64,000 bases of DNA, taken from positions 81,470,001-81,534,000 of the forward strand of contig NW_024704742.1 in assembly GCF_018977255.1 (NCBI RefSeq), read 5' to 3'. The notes below the pieces were generated by a model that worked only from the letters and a program-made list of their open reading frames with translations, searched no databases and was not told where the DNA came from. Of this stretch, positions 24,474 to 36,460 are shown in pieces. Positions within the stretch are counted from its first letter, which is position 1. The number at the start of each line of letters is the position of its first letter. This stretch comes from Callorhinchus milii. Taxonomy: Eukaryota. Both the position numbers and the translations under genes were made by a program.

Positions 24474-24620
24474 TTTTGCATAATCCAGTGTCCTGGCCAC
24501 AGCCTCCAGGAGGCCCAGGTCCACGTGACCTGGAAGACAACAAGGAACTTCTTAAGCCTTAGCTGACTGGGATCCACGATTCATATGCTGCAAGTTTTTG
24601 CAATCAAATATTGCAAAGCA
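24474..24620 (+). repeat. Direct repeat copy 2 (~145 bp)
   Basis: CATAATCCAGTGTC...GCTGACTGGGATC.ACGATTCATAT.CTGCAAGTTTTTGCAATCAAATATT shared with copy 1. Confidence 0.85.
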
Positions 24621-25578
24621 AAGGCACAATGAATCTGGTTTGAAAATATTTGTTAGTGAGACCTGGTGAAACTGTGCCCTTATCAATTTTGATAAGGTTT
24701 GTTGAACTACTCCATTGGTATAAACACAGTTTGGCCACAACAAATCGTTATTTAAATACAAAGACTCTCTTTACACTTTTTAAATTATCTTCAAGAGCTG
24801 CTAGGTTCTCAGCCTCACATATAAACCCTTTTGCCACTCCTTGTGTAACCCCTCTGTCTTGCCCCCTCACTTGCCTCCTTCAGGGCCCATTTCCAAAACC
24901 ATTCTGTTCGACCATGCCTTCGGATCATCTTCCCACCATTAATCCCTTTGCTCTCCACCCACCCTGACTCCAGCACGCAGCTCGGATGCAAACTCTTGAC
25001 CGTCCAGGACCTTGGGATGTCCCCCGATGTGAAAGGCACTACATAAGTGCAATTTATTATCGTCCTTATCTCTGGGAGCTTCTCCTACCTCACTTTTCTA
25101 TTCACCCTCTCAGCTGAGCTACCTCAGGCCCCCTGAGCTTCAGCTATTACAACCCTAACCTTTGGAACTCCCTCCCATTTTGTCGCCCCTTCTATCGAGT
25201 CAACTACAAGGGTATGGGGAAAGGGCAAAGTAAAAGGGACTGAAACGATTACTCTTAAAGGAGCCAGCGCAGACACAATAGGCCGAATGGCCTTCTGTGC
25301 TATAAATTTCTATGATTCTGTCTTTACATTCTTCCTACTTGTTTGATGATTCCCATGGGCACCTCCTTCTTCAACTCAACCCTCTCACTTGCTCGGCAAC
25401 CTTAAGAAACACTCTGAGACGTTATCCTACACCAAAGGTACCATATAAATGCAAGTCGTTGTTGGTTTCCCTTTTGATCAGACTGATATTTCTCAAATCA
25501 GCTAACTGTTGGGCCTTTCTTCAGAAAGCATGCCCTAAATATCAAATATTTCATTCTAATAATTTTATAATTATTCAT

Positions 25579-25795
25579 GGAGTCCTGTAGCTCAGTGGTT
25601 AGAGCACTCGCCTCGCAAGTGAGAGGACCCGGTTTTGATTCCCGGCAGGGCAAAACATTGGGCAAGTTTCCTTACTCCACACGCCTCGGTTTACTTAGTA
25701 GTATGTAGAAACCTGGTTGTTAAATCAATTGGCAGATCGAGACGTCTTGAAGAAATGCTAAAGCACTATATCAAATGCAAGGTATCATTATTATA
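25579..25795 (+). mobile_element. SINE family A, internally deleted
   Basis: Intact head and core joined directly to the terminal stem-loop at ~25738. Confidence 0.8.
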
Positions 25796-26831
25796 ATAAC
25801 AACGACGTGCATTTATATAGCGCCTATAATGAAGGGCAGCATCTTGGAGGTGAGTGGTGAGAGAGAGAAAACGACTTTCACTATGATTCATAAGGTTAAC
25901 TTAGTCATACAAATATAAATGCAAAACAGAATTCAAGTGGCTCTGCGACGACTGTAACTTACCTGAAAAATCCTCATGCAAAACCAAGCAATTCCAATGT
26001 TGGAGCATGAGGTCTGTCACATTTAGGAGCTATCATGCTGGGACAGGCTGATGGCACCTAGTGGCCATTTCACACTGAACACACAAATAGCAAACTATTT
26101 CACACTATAGTGGAAGCACTATAACTGGTCAAGGTTTCTAATTTCAAAGTGATTCATGTTGGATCCTGTAGGCCACTTGTTGGACCATTGTGGCTTAGAC
26201 TATGTGATTCCAAGTCCCGACGTGGGGCTTGAACCCACAGCCTTCTGACTCAGAAGCGACAGTGCTACCACTGCGGCACATCAAAGAAGCCCCGCATCAA
26301 CTTTAAACTCACAAGTCCTCACCAACAATCCCCCAGAAAAAATTGGCCATTCATCGTGACTGTTTGTGGGATATTGCGTGGAAATTGGCTGCCACATTCC
26401 CCTACAAAATACAGTCACTCCACTTTTCAGTATATCTTGTAAAGCACTTTGAAATGTCCTCTTGATGTGAAGGACACTAAATCAAATGCATGGATTATTA
26501 TAAATAGCGATCTTGAATGTGTGCAGATCAAACCTATTACTAAAAAGAGTTTGACATGGGCTTCTACTGCCTTTAAGCTGAATAGTTTTTAGGAGTTATT
26601 GAACATTTAAGAGAAACAAACCAGAATGGACTGTTTTGTATTGACAACTTTATTTGCTGTAAAAGTAAAAGTATTTAAATAATGTTACTCTTACCATGAA
26701 ACAGTGAATTATTTTGGGAAACAAGAAAAAAATGGGTTCTGTGAGTGTATGATCATATCCTACAGAATAGCAATGTTTTACCCATTAGTAGTATCATATA
26801 TGAATTGTTTTCAGATATAATACTAATAATG

Positions 26832-27612
26832 GTGCTGACAGTATCACCATCCATGGTTGCACACTCAATCTTGCTAAGCCAGTCCAGAACCCTGGGGTCT
26901 TGTTCGACCCTCAACTATCCTTTCTATCTCACATTCGGGCCATGACCCGCTCTGCCTTCCCCCACCTCCGCAGCGTCACCCAGCTCCGACACTGTCTCAC
27001 ACCTCAGTCCGCCAAAACCCTCATACATGCCTTCATTACATTGAGGCTTGACTATGCAACCTCCCGGTTTGTCGGCCTCCCCAACTCCTCCCTCCACAGG
27101 CTGCAGATCATCCAGAACTCTGCAGTCCGTGTCCTCTCCCGCACCAGGCTCTGCAACCTTTTCACCCCCATCCTCGCCCAACTCCACTGGCTTCCCATCA
27201 CACAGAGGATACAGTTCAAGATCATGGTCCTCACCTTCAAAGCCCTCCATGGTCTTGCTCCCCCCTACCTCTCCAACCTCCTAACCACCTACCATCCTAT
27301 TTGCTCCCTCCGCTCAGCAGGCACCGGCCTGCTTCACTTCCCCTGCCTCGCTCGCCCCACTATTGGCGGGCAGGCCTTTCTGCCCCCACCCTCTGGAAAT
27401 CCATCCGGCAGTCCCTGCATCTCACCCCTTCCCTCACCACCATCAAGACCATCTCAAGACCCTCCTCTTCGACCATGCTTTCGATCTCCCTGCTTCCCCA
27501 TCTGCCCTCCCCCACCCTGACCCTCAGCTTGGGTCCGTAACTCTGTCTGTCCAACGCCTTGGGACGTCCTCCCAACGTGAAAGGCGCTATATAAATGTAA
27601 TTTTGTTGTTGT
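26832..27612 (+). mobile_element. 5'-truncated L2 LINE in SVEP1 intron 1 (antisense to gene)
   Basis: ORF 26900-27520 FDPQLSF...LIHAFITLRLDY...LHWLPITQRIQFK; terminal stem-loop and (TTG)n. Confidence 0.9.
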
Positions 27613-27796
27613 TTTCTAAATTGAATTTGCAAATTTATCATATATATCATATTTGAGCTAAACTTGTTGAATGATCTGGTTGCAGAGATCCCCACTGAGC
27701 AACTCTCCAGAAAATGCAACCCAATTTAAGAGTTGTTTCCTTGCTCCAATTAAAAACTTTCAATAAACTTACAAAGTCTAACAGTCTCAAATTTGC

Positions 27797-27981
27797 TACA
27801 GCAGTGTGCCACAAAAAGTCGTGGATTGAAAATGACCAATTTGTTATTGTTTTGTTTAGGAGGGATTATTATTAGGCGTATGGAGTAAGGAAACTTGCCT
27901 AAGGTTTCGCTCTGCCTGGAATTGAACCCAGGTGTCTCACTTGTAAGGTGAGTGCTCTAACTACTGAGCTACTGGACTCCA
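27797..27981 (-). mobile_element. SINE family A deletion variant (head + partial core/tail)
   Basis: Same junction as the 16444-16700 copy, with intact head. Confidence 0.75.
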
Positions 27982-30923
27982 TATCTCTAATATCCTTTCC
28001 ATAATGTGGTGCTCAAACCTGCATACAGTATTCCAGCTGTGAAACAATGTCTCGTACAGATTCATCATCCCTTCCTTACTTTCATATTCTGCAGGTGGCT
28101 CGTCAACTGCATGTCCCTCGATCCATCTACTCCACCACCGTACTTCCAGCCATTATGCCCCCAAACTCTGAAACTCTCTGCCTCAATCGCTCTGCCTTTC
28201 CCCTTGTCTTCAGATCATATCTGAAGACTTTCCCTTTCAACCATATCAACTGTCTCCTAGGCTTTCTCCCCCTACTTGGTATCAAACTCTGCTATTTGGG
28301 ACGTCCTCCCGATATGAAACACGCTGTACAAATATAATTCTGTTGCAAGTTGTTATATTCAGTGGCTCTGTATCTAAATCCCAGAATCACGAAATGATAG
28401 AAATTCATAGAAATTTACAGCATCTGCGCCAGTTTTCAGTGCAAGGCATTCAATCCTGCTGCCCACACCCCTTCAAGCCTCTTACCTTTCATATACCTGT
28501 CAACTTCACTCTTAATACCCACAATGGACTGTGCCTCTACCACCTTACTTAGCAGGGCATTTCACATCCCCAAAACTCTCTGAAGGAAAACAATTCACCT
28601 AAGCTCATCTTTTTCTCTTCTTGTGACTATTTTATAACTCTGGCCCGAGTCATTGATTCCCCAATAGTGGAAATAGCAAAACTGTAGCAATTTTACAACC
28701 AACATCTTCAGGGAGTAAATAAAAACACCACACACTCTCAATGCTTGCCCTTCAGCAAAATACTGTGCTTTCTCCTTGCCTCCCCCTCCTTGCTTCTATT
28801 TAGATGTGCTGAATCTTAGCTAGAACAAAAGGTTAGCAGCTCCTACTGTTGAGAATCCTCCCGCAGATGGATATGAGGGACCAGGCCTGACAGCAAATGA
28901 AAATCAGGGATATTTTCTCCAAACATGGGCAGAAATAATGTGCAAAGTTCAATCCTATTTGCAATTTGATTTGATGCAGGATGTTAAGAAGTAGCCAGAA
29001 CAGCACTTTGAGTGTTGGACCCAAAGCTTCTGCAGCTACATATTAACGTCCTTTAATATTATATAACAATAATAAAGAATAAATCCTTGCATTTCATATA
29101 GCAACTTTCATGTCAGCCTGACATTGCAAAGTACTTCAGAGGATATATTGTAAAGTATATTGACTGTGTGTTTTGCAGGCAAACACAGCCTCTTTGCACT
29201 TTTAGCAGCAATTCCATTTATATTGGAACTACACTTTTAACAAAAACAAGGTAATTCCACTTTTAATGAAAACCTAAGACAAGTTTCCTTACTCCACACA
29301 CCTCTTTATACCAGCAATAAGTAGGAACCCAGCTGTTAGTCGATTGGCAGATTGCTATTCTGTGGATAATAATCCCTCCCCGTAAAAAATGTGGGCACTC
29401 AATCCACAACTGTGTGTGGGACACTGCTGTGTGCAATTCGCTGCCGCGTTTTGTCACAAAATACACACTTTGTAATATATTCTTTGAATCACTTTGAGAC
29501 GTCTCAATGTCGTGATAAGGTGCTATATCACATGCAAGGATTATTTATCATCTACAGATCATGTCTATGGGACTGAAAAGCACACATCTCATGCAAGCAT
29601 GGAGTATCATCACTGAGCAAGTTCTTGTACATTTTAAGGAATAGATAAAGCACACTTAGGGTGGTTATGGCTTGCAGCATACCTAATGTAAACCTGTATG
29701 GGCTCTAGTCAGGCAACACACAAAACTAATCTCTCTCTCAGAGGTTTAGGAAACGTGCTGCGATTGTATAACAAACCCTGCTTTGGATCAGGCTACAAAA
29801 TTAGAAGCGATGTTTTAGCTCTCATGAGTCATGACCAGCCAATCTAAGTGTTTGTGAAATGCAAACAACTCAGGTCTGCAACAACTTGCAAACCATCTTA
29901 ACTCAGGCTGAGATTGCACTTGTGGGCAGAGGCAGGGTTCAGGGGGCTCAGGGTTTCTGCCCACACAACATCCAAGCATTGCAAGTTATTGTAAACAACA
30001 ACAAATTTCACTTGTATAACGCCCTTCACATCGGAAAGATGTCCCAGGGTTACCTCAAGCCCCTGTTAAAAATGACAGAAGCAGTGGTTCTGGTAACTTG
30101 GCACAATCATCACAAATACAAGTTAAACTCTACCTTCAACAAATTCATTCAATTATTTTTCTTCTAAGAATTAACCCCGAGAAGATTGCACAGTACCAAT
30201 TCTCAGCTCATGAGGGAGCAATAATAGACATCTCTTGCTGTAGCTTAACCCAGTATCAAAAATAGTCATATCAATCTCTTCTACTCTAGGAAAGAAAGAA
30301 TAAAAGGGAAATATCATGATGTTGCTTTTACTCTTGATGAGGAATGATTAGGAAATAATTTTAAAAAGTCATTCAATCCACGACTGTTTGTGGGACACTG
30401 CTGTGCACAATTCGCTGCCGCGTTTCATCCACAAAATACAGTCATGCATTTTACAATCTATTCTGTGAAGCGCTTTGAGACGTCTGAACAATATGATAAA
30501 GCTGCATCAAATGCAAGGATTATTATTAATCTATGAAAAGTTCTCTTCTCTGGGGTAAGGAACGAATGGGAAATAATTGAAAAATAACAATAATAATAAT
30601 AATAATTTGGTCACATCAATCCACAACTGTTTACGGGACGCTGCTGCTCGCTATTTGCTGCCGCATTTCGTCCAAAAAATAATCCAGTCCGTTCACATGA
30701 CAATACATTCTGTGAAGCGCTTTGAGGCGTCTCAGCGACGTGATAAGGCGCTACATCAAATGCCAGGATTATTATCATTATTATTATCATAACTATGTAT
30801 TATAACAGGTACGGGAAGGTCTCTCCCTACTCTAGGGCAGGAATGGAGAGGAAATAGAGAATCCCTCGTAGCCTTAAGAGGAGGAAAGGAGGAAGGAAAT
30901 AGTCAACAGTCAGAAAATCTTAC

Positions 30924-31439
30924 TGCTGCTTGCTGGAAGGCTCCTTTGGTGAAGGTGCCTCCTCCCCTGTAGGTGATGGCCGGGATCTCCTCGGTGAGCA
31001 GTGAGCACTTGTGCTGCCGGGGCTCCGGGGAGGAGATGTAGTTCACTCTGGGGATCACGTTGTTTTTGGAGGAGAAAGTGACGATGGCCACCCGGGTGGC
31101 CGTGGGGACCACCGGGAAGTCAGACAGCAGCTTCTTGACGAACTTCAGCTCGTTGACGAAGTTGGCGTGACCCACGCTGGAGGACTCATCCACCAGGAAC
31201 ACCAGCTCCAAGCCGTCGCTCTTCTCTCGCAGTTTGCGCACGTTGCGCTTGAAGACGACCCCCCGACTGACCACTCTGTTGGTGGCAGCTTCCGGACCAT
31301 TGCCATAGCGATGTTCCCTCATCTCCAAGGTCCTCCCTGTCCCCGGCAGGTTCTTCCTCTGGAAAGGGAGGAACGGGTAGGAAGGCAAGCAGCACACAGC
31401 CTGCAAAGCCACCAGCAGAGTGACTGCCTTGCACATCAT
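30924..31439 (-). CDS. SVEP1: SVEP1/polydom coding exon 1 (signal peptide + N-terminal half of vWA domain)
   Basis: [17 protein letters not shown] hydrophobic leader, then [14 protein letters not shown]...[24 protein letters not shown]...[29 protein letters not shown], matching SVEP1 as I recall it. MIDAS DxSxS present. Donor GCA|GTAAGA at 30923. 516 nt, phase 0. Start taken as the first ATG (31439); the track's GTG start is unlikely. Confidence 0.96.
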
Positions 31440-31474
31440 TGCAAGCCAGGACACATCTAAATGCTCTTCACTCA

Positions 31475-31506
<32 letters not shown>

Positions 31507-32100
31507 AATGCAACAATTTCTGCAAATGCAACTTTCTGCAAATGCAACACTTTCTTCTGTAAAATCTCCTTTTAGAAAATCAACTCTCTAATTCTGTCTC
31601 GACTCTCTTTCTGGCAAACAGTGGTCTGTTTTACTCTCTCCCCCCGTAACTGTCCTTTCCTGGAGGCTAGCAACGAGGAAGCATGTTGTAAGGGATGAGA
31701 TGAAAACGCAAGTGTCTTTGAAACTGACACTGGAAAAAGTGGAATGAGACAGAGAGAGAGAGAGAGAGGCAGTGGCTGATTTGTTTTTTTACACCCTCTG
31801 TTACTGCTGAAGCAACTGAGATTCCTTGTCACTGCTACATGTGCGTCAGGCTATCAGCATTCCCAAAGAAAACATCAGCACAAACTTCCTGATTGATCCC
31901 ATATGTTTGGCAGAAGCAGATACACAGAGTGCCATGTTAATTGGAAGCACTTTTGGCCACTTTTCAAGTTCTGATCCTTCAGTCACCTGCACAATGGTGT
32001 CTCTCTCTCTCTCTCTCCAGAGGCTTTTCTAATCAAAGGAGGAAAATAAAAAAATGTGTTTTGTTTGATTTAATCTTAGACCAACATTGCAAAGTTCAAT
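31440..32100 (-). promoter_or_regulatory. Probable SVEP1 5'UTR/proximal promoter with (CT)n(CA)n and (GA)n microsatellites
   Basis: Position directly upstream of the start codon; no recognisable TE. Microsatellites at 31472-31505, ~31745-31767 and ~32000-32016. The TSS cannot be located from sequence. Confidence 0.45.
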
Positions 32101-33175
32101 CCTGCATCTCCAAAGGTTAACATTACATCCCAGCCCTTTTCGAACATGTTTTGGTTCTTTCTGTAACCTTTGCTTTGTCACCTTGAGGGACAATTCCCAG
32201 GAATGTTCTGGATTGGACAGGGATCAGCTGTTTAAACCACCACATTTCCTACAACAATGCAAAAACTCCAGTTCTTGAACTCCCATTCCTGACTCTGTTA
32301 CTGGCTTTAGTGGGGAACAGGGAAAACTAATTCAGACAGTGCATTATATTTTCACCAGCAATTGACCAGGCAAATGTACATACTAAATGCAACATTTCTG
32401 GGTGTCTTACAAACAGAGGCAGCTGCTAGGAGTTGTACCTGGCCATTATAGGCATGTGATCTACTTTCACCCGATTAACTTCAACAAATCTCTACCCCCT
32501 GACCTTCTCTCTTAAGTGTCCAAGTGCCAAACCCCTAGAGATTTCTAATCCATAGACTTTTTCTGCTTGAAATCAGGTTAACTCTAATTCATTGCTCACG
32601 GACCACAACTTCAAGATCATAATAACCCTCATAGAATTGACAGTATTTATTGCATGGACCAATAAATAAACTCTGAGATTATTTCTGATCACTCAATATA
32701 CAAGCAGGGGCTCCTCCTCACAAACAGAAAAAAGGGTGAGATTGTCATAAATTCTATGTGTTATAAAGAGGAAATGCCCTGGCACCACCTCTATCTTTTT
32801 GCTTATTCCCCAAGCCATCACCTGTCACCTCCGCTGCTGGCTCGGGCCTCCTGCATGCCCCTCTTTCTGTTCCATCATTGGCGGCTGTGCATTTTGCCAC
32901 TATGCCCTGAAACTCTGGACCTGTCTCCCTCAATCCCTCCGCCTTGGCCTCTGGTTCCCCATTTTCAGATCACACCTTAAGACGTTCCTCTTCGACTGTG
33001 CCTACAGTCACTTCCCCACAGCTTGGCATCAGGGCTGTTTATGGGACATTGCTGTGCAAATATTGTTTGCTGCTTTTGCCAACTAAATACACAGTCATTA
33101 CACTTTACAGTAAAACCATGTGAAGCACTTTGAGACACTTTGATAAGGCTGTGTCAAAATGTGAGCATTATTATA

Positions 33176-33777
33176 CAGCGGAAGCTGCTTAAGCCGGACA
33201 CATTGGGGCCGGCTGTTTTGTCACCGTAAGCAGAGTCAGAGGTTAACTAAAGTTCTTCCCGTACGAGAGAGGAGCGGAGAGGAGCAGTGCTGCTGTCTCT
33301 TCCTTCCCACTGCCATATTCCATTGCACGGGAAGGGGACCAATTACTAACGGCTCCGGAGGTGAATGATTGACTGCCTGGAGCCACCTGTGATGGATGGG
33401 CTCCACCCATTCAGAGTGGCTCCAGACTCGTCAATCTATCGCCATTTGGTTCCTCCCATTCCCTCCCTTATTCTTTTACCGTTCTTCCGCCCCCTCATTG
33501 ATTGACAGCCCAGAGCCGCCTGTGAATGGCTGGTGTCTGCTGTCAATCAATTGCAATTTGACTCCTGCCAACTCCCATCCTGGAGTCGCTCGAGACACAG
33601 AATTAATTCACGTAGCGATGATCAGCGTGGCGTTTTGTCCTGGATTAACTTGATTTTATCCTAATTAGCAGGCATATTTAATGCAGCTGAGAATACAAAT
33701 GAACCGGAGCTGGGCATTTTGTCCAATTTACTCGGCGTCCGGGGTTAACCAGTGTCCGGCTAAAATGGCTTCCACTG
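33176..33777. mobile_element. Non-autonomous Tc1/mariner-pogo (Tigger-like) MITE
   Basis: TA|CAGCGGAAGCTGCTTAAGCCGGACAC ... GTGTCCGGCTAAAATGGCTTCCACTG|TA: ~26-bp imperfect TIRs and TA TSD; no transposase ORF. Confidence 0.8.
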
Positions 33778-35399
33778 TATTAACATTAGCTCCCTTCACA
33801 AATTTATTGTTTTGTACATTCTTTGCGATTATAAATAAAAAATAATTGAGAAATAGAATGACCCTCCCCTGCTCCAGTCGGCCAATGTGATGGTATGTGT
33901 TCGGGAAAAGAATCAGGCTAAAATGAGTTTGGGGAATGCATTGAAATGATCTCAGAAACTGGTGCAGAATGAGGATAACTTTTAAAGGTTAGGGATTCAT
34001 CTGTTACCAACGACATGAAAAATCAATGTTTCGTTGTTTTTTCAAAAAATCTTTCATAACAGCAACGAGAATTAAATACTCAAAGCAGTCCCTGTCCTCT
34101 ATATCTTATTTCCAAACCAGTATATCTTTACACGAATCCTGAAATGCCAGGACAAAGCAAGCCTAAAGCACTCACTGGCAATAGAAGTCCAGGGTTCAGC
34201 TTGTCCACTGATAATGGTATCGGAGAAGGGAAACTGTGTATCACACACATCCGTACTCACTCTAGGGGGTTAACTAATGATGGATGAATTGAAAAAGCTC
34301 TCAAAACTCAATCAATGTGTTTATCTAGCTTGTAAAATGCCTTCCATTTGTTCAGCAGGATCTCTCGCTCTCTCTCTAAATGGGGAATTGACTGTTAAAT
34401 TAACTCCAATCTGTGTTTGTAATAGAAAGTCTCACTCAAAGTGCACCTCAGCAAACTGAACAAACTTGCTCCTGCGTGGATGTCACTCCCGTAGAGTTCC
34501 CTGGATAGAGAAGAGGGAATTCTGACTTTAGATTTTTGGCAGTAGAATATCACTCGTGCTATCGAACGATGGTATTTTCAATGTGGCCAGACTGGGAAGG
34601 CAACCACTATTCAGCCACAGTCTGACCTCTCTCTCTCGGTCTCTCTCTCTCTCGCACAAGCTGCCACTGGATAGTGACAGATGGAATAAACTTATATGTG
34701 ACAACCTGAGTTATTGAACCATGGGAGGAATTATGAACAAAATACAAACATAGATTTTTGGAAAGGCTTAGGATAAAATGTTACCCTGGTTTCCAATTGG
34801 AAACATTTAAATTTGAACTTTTTAAAGTTACATTTGGTTCTCCTTTAGGCTCTTTGTTTTATAACATTTAGCGTGAAAAACATGACTTTTTGGAAGGTCT
34901 CTCACACAACACATCATCAGCAAAAACAGACGTGCACGTCCACTCACAGAGTTTATGCAAACCGTTATGCTTCCTTGCCTCTCTAGTCAACCTCATCACA
35001 CACTGAACTCGGAGAAACCAACCAGGCATGAGACAGAATTAATACAGAGGGGAAAACAACAGATGACTTCCAAAAGAGAAAAAGCATTTAAGCAGAGATC
35101 ACAGATACTTGGACAAGGCTGTTCAGCCCATTTGATCTCATTCTTCCAGAATACAGCGTCAAGCTGCTTCGTAAATAAATACAGTGCCCTGGCCTCAAAC
35201 ATCCTTGTTGTTTGCTCTCTGTGTAAAGAAATGTTTTCTGCTGTCTGTCCTTAAATTGCCCTTCATAACAATGGACTTGTGCTGCTCTTTAACATCTGTA
35301 GTGGTTCCTGCCTCCAATAAGGGGAGCGGTTATAAAACAAACTCCTGTTCAATGTCCCAACCTTTTTTAGAGTAAGTTCAACAGGAGTTGGGATTGAGT

Positions 35400-35906
35400 C
35401 ACAATAGAATATAAACAGATTGACCTGTGGACAGCATGAAGTGACGTCTTTCAGTGCATAAGGAAACTGCGGGAGTGCAGATGCTCCCACCAGGAGCACA
35501 CCACAGGGTCCAGGGCGCACCCTCTGGTTAGCCCACAAGCAAACGCAAAACTGATTGAAGTAAGGGTACAGAAGGACTCTTGAGATGTAACCAAAGGGCA
35601 TCCCAAAAATGTATGCAAGGTCAACATGTGCGCGTATGATGCACATCAGGGCGCCTTATCTGGGTGTGTGCAGGCCTGCACATGGATGTGGTGGACACAG
35701 GAGCGACTCCCGACTGTTTTAAAGGGAGGGTCCCAAAACACACGTACACAACCTGTGTGTGGGAAAGGCATGTATAGTACACGACGGAATGTTTTTTGTA
35801 TCGGGAGAAAAAGGAACAAATTGTAACAGAAGATGTTGTATTTCTTTTGGATTTCTGTTGTACGAAATATTATATTTTTAAATAAATATATATTTTCAAA
35901 AAAAAA
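35400..35906 (+). mobile_element. Poly(A)-tailed retroposed 3' UTR-like segment (possibly L1/Tx1 clade)
   Basis: CpG-containing block ending AATAAA-TATATATTTTC-A9; 5' boundary uncertain. Confidence 0.4.
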
Positions 35907-35979
35907 GTTGTTTTGCGGGTGAAAAGGAAGGAAAGACAAAATAGAAAGAGCACAGAAGAAAGAAAGTGACAATAAGGAC

Positions 35980-36460
35980 AACATTTAATATTTATATAGT
36001 GCCATTCACGTTGGGAGAAGGTTTCCAATAGCTTCATACAGCTCAACCGGAGTCCAAGTGAGGTGGAGCAGGGGAAGGATGACCTAAAGTGCGATCAAAA
36101 AGATAGGTCTTAACATGGACTTTAAAGGTGAAAGGCAGTGGGCAGGTGTGGGGGCTCCAAGATGCTTTTGCCCACTGCTGGTGGGGAATGTTGGGTGGGG
36201 ATACGAAGCACTCTGAGACGCTACACTGCGTGGAGGGTGCTATATAAGTGCAAATTGTTGTTGTTGAAGCAGGCTAGTGTTTGCTGAGTGAAGGGAGTGG
36301 CTGGGTTTGGTAGGATTGCAGGAGGTCACAGAGGTAGGGTGGGGTGAGAATGTGGAGGGATTTAGTCATGAGGACGAAGAGCTTGATTTCAATCCTTTGG
36401 TGTGCAGTGAGTGAGGCGAGTGAGAATGGGGGAGGGTTACTAGCTCATGGAGCCTGGTGC
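35980..36460 (-). mobile_element. Old L2 3' fragment containing a 55-bp nested L2 tail
   Basis: Similarity to other L2 3' ends in the window; nested insert at 36211-36265. Confidence 0.65.

Noticed and set aside
25579..25652. tRNA-Ala-like genes (also 14958, 57609, 48350-48425)
   Set aside because: They continue into SINE core/tail and have degenerate stems; these are SINE heads, not tRNA genes.
31011..31460. 149-aa plus-strand ORF and 82-aa alternative-frame ORF
   Set aside because: Shadow frames of GC-rich SVEP1 exon 1.
31440..31475. GTG-initiated 12-residue N-terminal extension of SVEP1
   Set aside because: The ATG at 31439 directly precedes a signal-peptide-like stretch; the extension is an ORF-caller artefact with an in-frame stop just upstream.
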